From Octopus sinensis (taxonomy: Eukaryota): DNA of 10,698 nt. Location of the stretch: positions 1 through 10,698 of the forward strand of contig NW_021827334.1 of the NCBI RefSeq assembly GCF_006345805.1, written 5' to 3'. The notes under the pieces are model-generated. The model did no database searches. It saw nothing but the letters and a program-made list of their open reading frames with translations, and was not told the origin of the DNA. Numbering within the stretch: position 1 is the first letter of the stretch; every line of letters starts with the position of its first letter. Position numbers and translations under genes: made by a program. Of the stretch, positions 7,891 to 10,698 are shown in pieces.

Positions 7891-7983
7891 ATAATGCGCT
7901 GTTTTTTGTAATATTGTTTTCGAAATACAATAGATCAACCAGTTAAGTTTTTTTAACGAATTTCAAAATAATTTCAAACACAA

Positions 7984-9123
7984 TTAACGAATATTGTATA
8001 GGGTGGAGTTCTTGATTTTCTTTGGCCAGTTGATGCCAATAAGAATTCTTAACTGTCTTCTATGGAATGCATCAAGAGATTTTGATTCAGACTCAGATAT
8101 TCCCCATGTTCCTCCGTTGTACAAAAGTATGGGTTTAATAAAAGCATTGTATAATTTGGCACGTAAGGCCGTTCCAACCTCGCGGTTTCGTAGCCAAGTG
8201 GTCCGCAGTTTGTTAAGTGCAACAGTCGATAGCATCTTTCTCCTCATAATGTCTTCACTATCTCCTAAAAGAGTTCCAACTTTTTTCGAGTTTCGCCCTT
8301 TTTCGTCTGTTCTATTTGCCTCCCGGTTGATTGTTACATATTCGGTTTTTTCTATGTTCACTTTTAAGAACCATTTTTCCAGTGCCTGAGGAGCAATGTT
8401 CAGCAGTTCTTCGAGAGTCGACTTATCATGAGACAAAAAGTCTACATCGTCGGCATATATCACTTCAGTTATTGAAGTAGACTTCACTAGTTTTCTCAGA
8501 TCTCTTAGTGCCGCTTCAAGATAGACAATGAATAGTACAGGTGATATTGAATCACCTTGGGGCGTTCCAATGCTTGTTTTGAAAGATCTTGATTGTACGG
8601 GTCCGATCTTCACCGTTAACTCGGTGTCTATAAGTAGTGCTCGAACCATTCTGATCGAGTCATTGTCAAGAATAGTTTTTGAGGATCTCCATTAGCTTGT
8701 CTCTGCGGATTGTATCAAATGCCCTGCTCATATCAATGCCCAATATTGTGGTCGCCATTTTAAATTTCTGAGATATGGCACAGATCCATCTATGTCCCCA
8801 TACTAATCTGCAGTTGATCGCCCAGGCCTGAATCCACTTTGGCTAGCCGACAGATATTCATTAACAGGGTCCTTAATACGTTCCAGTGTTACGAGCGAGA
8901 AGATTTTCCTTATTGTGTTCAAGAGTATGATTGGGCGAATGTTGTTAAGAGGACCTTGCGGCTTGTTGGGTTTTTGGAGAGGAATTAGCGTTCCTTTCCC
9001 AATAGGCGGTATGGTATTTCCATGGAACATCTCGTTCAGGAGATTTGTGATTATAGTTGAGATCTCCATTGGGGAGTACTTTATCAATTCACCGTTGATG
9101 TTGTCTGGACCCGCCGCACGGTT
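7984..9123 (-). pseudogene. Reverse transcriptase of element B, copy 2 (RTE-like; indels as read)
   Basis: NRAAGPDNINGELIKYSP, NIRPIILLNTIRKIF, SQSGFRPGRSTAD, GTPQGDSISPVLF, YADDVDF, IKPILLYNGGTWG, AFHRRQLRILIGINWP. Confidence 0.92.
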
Positions 9124-9581
9124 GGGTACTCCCGCTGTATGTGTCCTAAAAGGTCATTATCCTCGAAGTCCCGGGGGACCCCGAGGAGCAGGACTCTTAC
9201 CTGCCTTACCTTTTGTTCAATCCTGACAAGCCGATGCATGCCAGGACCGAACGGGCTGGACTTCTCCAGCTCTCCTTTAAAGCTGAAGAAGTCCTCCTCC
9301 TTCTCCCACCCAAGCAGGAATTGGGTGGGCTCCCTCTTCAGGACTCTATACAGCTTTGAAGGCTGGATAGAGTCTAACGTACCTAAGATCTTTATGACCG
9401 AGGCCTTCCCACTTGTAGGGAGGACCTCAAGTCGTGCCACAGCACCGAAGGTAATTCTGCCCCCGGCGCCAGTGGTCTTCTTTGGGTGTGCATCCACCTG
9501 ATCGGACACACACCCAGTACCTAAAACATTAGGGGGGTTGGACGGCCAGCCGCACGTTTGGGTTTCCCCACCGTGTACCAA
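9084..9581 (-). CDS. ORF1/gag-like open frame of element B, copy 2
   Basis: Open 165-codon frame with a non-ATG start. KVRQVRVLLLGVPRDFEDNDLLGHIQREYPTVRRVQ resembles the RRM-like portion of non-LTR ORF1 proteins (pattern recognition only). Confidence 0.45.
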   Translation of the reverse strand: MVHGGETQTCGWPSNPPNVLGTGCVSDQVDAHPKKTTGAGGRITFGAVARLEVLPTSGKASVIKILGTLDSIQPSKLYRVLKREPTQFLLGWEKEEDFFSFKGELEKSSPFGPGMHRLVRIEQKVRQVRVLLLGVPRDFEDNDLLGHIQREYPTVRRVQTTSTVN

Positions 9582-10029
9582 CCGTCCTCAAGGGCAACCT
9601 TATTTCCTGCCGTACCCACCGGACGGCCTCAGGAGACGACACCCTGTTGGCATTAATTGACTTACCTAGGCTGGGTTTGGCACCACTAGACAAACCGCAA
9701 ACACGTGGCGAACCAGCATGCTGTGCGGTTGTCGTGGCTACCAAACGATCAGAACGTTGCACCTGCAGCTCCCCCGACACCAGCCATAGGGGGAGCAGAG
9801 GAAAAGTGTCTCCAGTGAGTGCTGAACCCACCTGGGAGGGTCCAGGCTTCGACTTCTCCTCCTGCTTTCGCCTAGAAAATTAAAGACACCACTAGAATAG
9901 CCGGAAGCGCGTGGCGGTGAACCACGGCTCCGGCAATTCAATCGTAGTGGCACACTGAACCGTCTTGTCCTTCTGGGAGAGCGAGGCGGGAAGCACCTCC
10001 ACTTCTGCATAGTCTTCTTGTGCAGACAG
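9582..10029 (-). other. GC-rich structured leader of element B, copy 2 (divergent variant)
   Basis: Counterpart of 3790-4238, with hairpins at 9681-9738 and 9887-9951. Confidence 0.6.
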
Positions 10030-10113
10030 CTTGCGAGCAGATTTTGCAGACAACTGTTTCCTTGGTACTTTTGCACCAGTAGATTTTCGAGCCGTTTGTT
10101 TGTTTCTAGCCAT
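10030..10113 (-). pseudogene. H3: Histone H3 N-terminal tail fragment, copy 2
   Basis: MAR(N)[24 protein letters not shown], with the same junction as copy 1. Confidence 0.92.
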
Positions 10114-10119
10114 ATTTTA

Positions 10120-10409
10120 TTATTTTTTTTTTTCAGTCTGTATTCACGTGAGGTAATGGTAGCCTTCGAATTCTGATAGACTAAATTTGAAGCCTCGGTT
10201 TTTATTTTGTCATAAACATCGAATGTAAAACTGTCCATAGCCATCATAGCCTTCTTTGACATCCCAAGTTGATTATGTACTGTCTTTAAAATTTTCATAA
10301 GATATATCGAAAAAGTTTTCCTTTTCTTTTTTTTCTTTGTAGCGACGGAAACATTTTTTGTTTTAATGGGAGCTCTTTTTTGTCCTTTTGTGCTAACTTT
10401 AGGTGCCAT
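10120..10409 (-). pseudogene. H2B: Histone H2B, C-terminally truncated, copy 2
   Basis: Open from MAPKVSTK to ATITSRE, then joined to the same A-run and H3 ATG as copy 1. Confidence 0.9.
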
Positions 10410-10443
10410 TATTAACAAAATTTGTATGTTCCGGGGGAAAAAA

Positions 10444-10517
10444 CATTATATAATAAAAAAAGTATTATTCCAAAATTTTTTTTGAGTAATGCAAAAAAGT
10501 ATCATTCCGAATTTTTT
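10444..10517 (-). promoter_or_regulatory. H2B promoter, copy 2 (TATA-like element plus paired motif)
   Basis: Same sequence as 4660-4731. Confidence 0.55.
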
Positions 10518-10698
10518 GAGAGGAATAATTTGTAATAGTAGATAATTAAAATATTTCTTAATAAAATAAAACAATAAAGTAAAACGAGAAAGTTATAAAT
10601 TAGTTAATGTCATGAGGAAATTATTATTATAATACATTCCGTAGGAACATTAACAAAGTTATAATCCGACACGTGTCACAATCAAAACAATCTTCTGT

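Larger units (their letters stand above)
5778..10698. repeat. Tandem repeat unit, copy 2 (partial; equivalent to 1-4912 of copy 1)
   Basis: Colinear and near-identical to copy 1. The window end (...CAAAACAATCTTCTGT) matches copy 1 ending at 4912. Confidence 0.97.

Noticed and set aside
9738-10418. 226-aa H2B extension ORF
   Set aside because: It results from a 1-nt deletion at REIQT in copy 2 that bypasses the stop seen in copy 1.
1-10698. Duplication as two passes around one circular molecule
   Set aside because: The clustered substitutions in the element-B leader cannot come from rereading one template, although an assembly mosaic is not excluded.

Overview
Eukaryotic, AT-rich histone gene cluster present as about 1.85 tandem copies of a ~5.78-kb unit (copy 1: 1-5777; copy 2: 5778-10698, truncated by the window end). 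Each unit holds divergent H2A (+) and H3, H2B, H4 (-) sequences, and non-LTR retroelement DNA occupies three positions. (A) A 5'-truncated ~1.65-kb RT element sits exactly at the H2A start codon, flanked by a 13-bp target-site duplication (CAGAGTATAATGT). (B) A ~2-kb composite follows H3 codon K27 in place of the rest of H3: a structured GC-rich leader, an ORF1-like segment and an RTE-like RT, with no endonuclease. (C) A short probable R4/Dong-like C-terminal remnant lies in the H4-H2B spacer. H2B lacks its C-terminal third and abuts the H3 ATG, so only H4 is both intact and attached to its promoter. The two copies differ mostly by single-base indels that look like long-read error. The exception is a ~280-bp stretch of the element-B leader carrying about twenty substitutions. 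Family assignments come from recalled motifs, not from database searches, and the host organism cannot be identified from the sequence.
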